From an uncultured Clostridia bacterium (GTDB lineage: Bacteria; Bacillota; Clostridia; Christensenellales; Aristaeellaceae): a DNA stretch of 32,000 nucleotides. The position numbers were made by a program, and so were the translations under genes. The stretch covers positions 2,586-34,585 of the forward strand of contig CALGBY010000105.1 of assembly GCA_937886445.1 (NCBI GenBank), read 5' to 3'. Within the stretch, counting starts at the first letter, position 1. Each line of letters starts with the position of its first letter. Shown here one piece after another: positions 31,680 through 32,000 of the stretch. The notes beneath the pieces were generated by a model. The model saw only the letters and a list, made by a program, of their open reading frames with translations, was not told the DNA's origin and ran no database searches.

Positions 31680-32000
31680 ATGAAAAAAGTAAAGATCACA
31701 GTGATCAGAAAAGCATGCTATGAAGACCTGATCGCGCGGTATGAAAACCCCATTTCACACGCCTGCGACCATACAGAGGGGCAGGTATTCATCGCGGAGG
31801 GCTGGAACAGGCCCGAGGGGCTGTGTCCCTCCGCGTGGGACAGCCTCTCCCCCTTTGTGCTGGCGCTTTCATGCGGCGGTGAGGATTTTTACGACGGCTG
31901 GATGAAAAACAAAAGGAGCGCGATGATCTCCTGTAATGACGGCTTTCGTCCGGTAAGCTTTCTGCTGGAAACGGTGGAGGAGCCCGAAGAGACAAAGTGA
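31680..32000 (+). CDS. TIGR04076-type small Cys-containing protein (106 aa, unknown function)
   Basis: MKKVKITVIRK...GQVFIAEGWNRPEGLCPSAWDSLSPFVLALSCGG...MISCNDGFRPVSFLLE matches my recollection of the TIGR04076 family pattern. AGGGAG lies about 9 nt upstream. The stop codon is at 31998-32000. Confidence 0.7.
   Translation: MKKVKITVIRKACYEDLIARYENPISHACDHTEGQVFIAEGWNRPEGLCPSAWDSLSPFVLALSCGGEDFYDGWMKNKRSAMISCNDGFRPVSFLLETVEEPEETK

Overview
The window looks like a chromosomal segment from a moderately high-G+C Gram-positive anaerobe. That placement is an inference from strong AGGAGG-type ribosome-binding sites, a butyrate kinase gene and Clostridia-style surface proteins. From left to right it contains: (1) a two-gene tRNA-Ser operon (UGA and GCU anticodons) with its own promoter and terminator. 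(2) A stand-alone butyrate kinase gene on the minus strand. (3) An AT-rich non-coding stretch (1.77-2.4 kb) holding a bidirectional terminator, a roughly 165-nt rod-like imperfect hairpin, and one copy of a ~61-nt element that also occurs inverted at 509-569. (4) A minus-strand surface-protein block (2.4-11.9 kb). It holds a 1587-aa MBG/CnaB/MucBP-type adhesin with three 264-bp tandem repeats, a membrane-anchored protein with 87-bp acidic tandem repeats, a truncated ATP-grasp remnant, and an 829-aa exported protein made of about twenty CxxC(G)/His modules. (5) A GNAT acetyltransferase and an APH-type kinase, divergently transcribed. (6) A translationally coupled plus-strand operon of GH35 beta-galactosidase, a DUF5107/TPR protein and a GH2-like clan GH-A hydrolase. 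It converges on a very acidic 121-aa protein and an 858-aa YetA-like enzyme, with a DUF1961 (YesU-like) gene transcribed divergently from the YetA-like gene. (7) A plus-strand run of a GNAT, a GyrI-like/nitroreductase fusion, a xylose-isomerase-like TIM-barrel protein, a polytopic membrane protein, a C69 dipeptidase, a Dus-family tRNA-dihydrouridine synthase and a TIGR04076-type small protein. I found no CRISPR array, integrase, transposase, phage genes or recognisable defence genes. The least explained items are the exported Cys/His-module array protein, the rod-like RNA or inverted-repeat element with its dispersed repeat, and the anchor-less adhesin with its acidic-repeat partner. Many long ORFs in the supplied track are antisense shadow ORFs of GC-rich genes and were rejected. 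Several track ORFs also carry 5' extensions, which I trimmed to the start codon that has a ribosome-binding site. A leading M in the track can be GTG or TTG.
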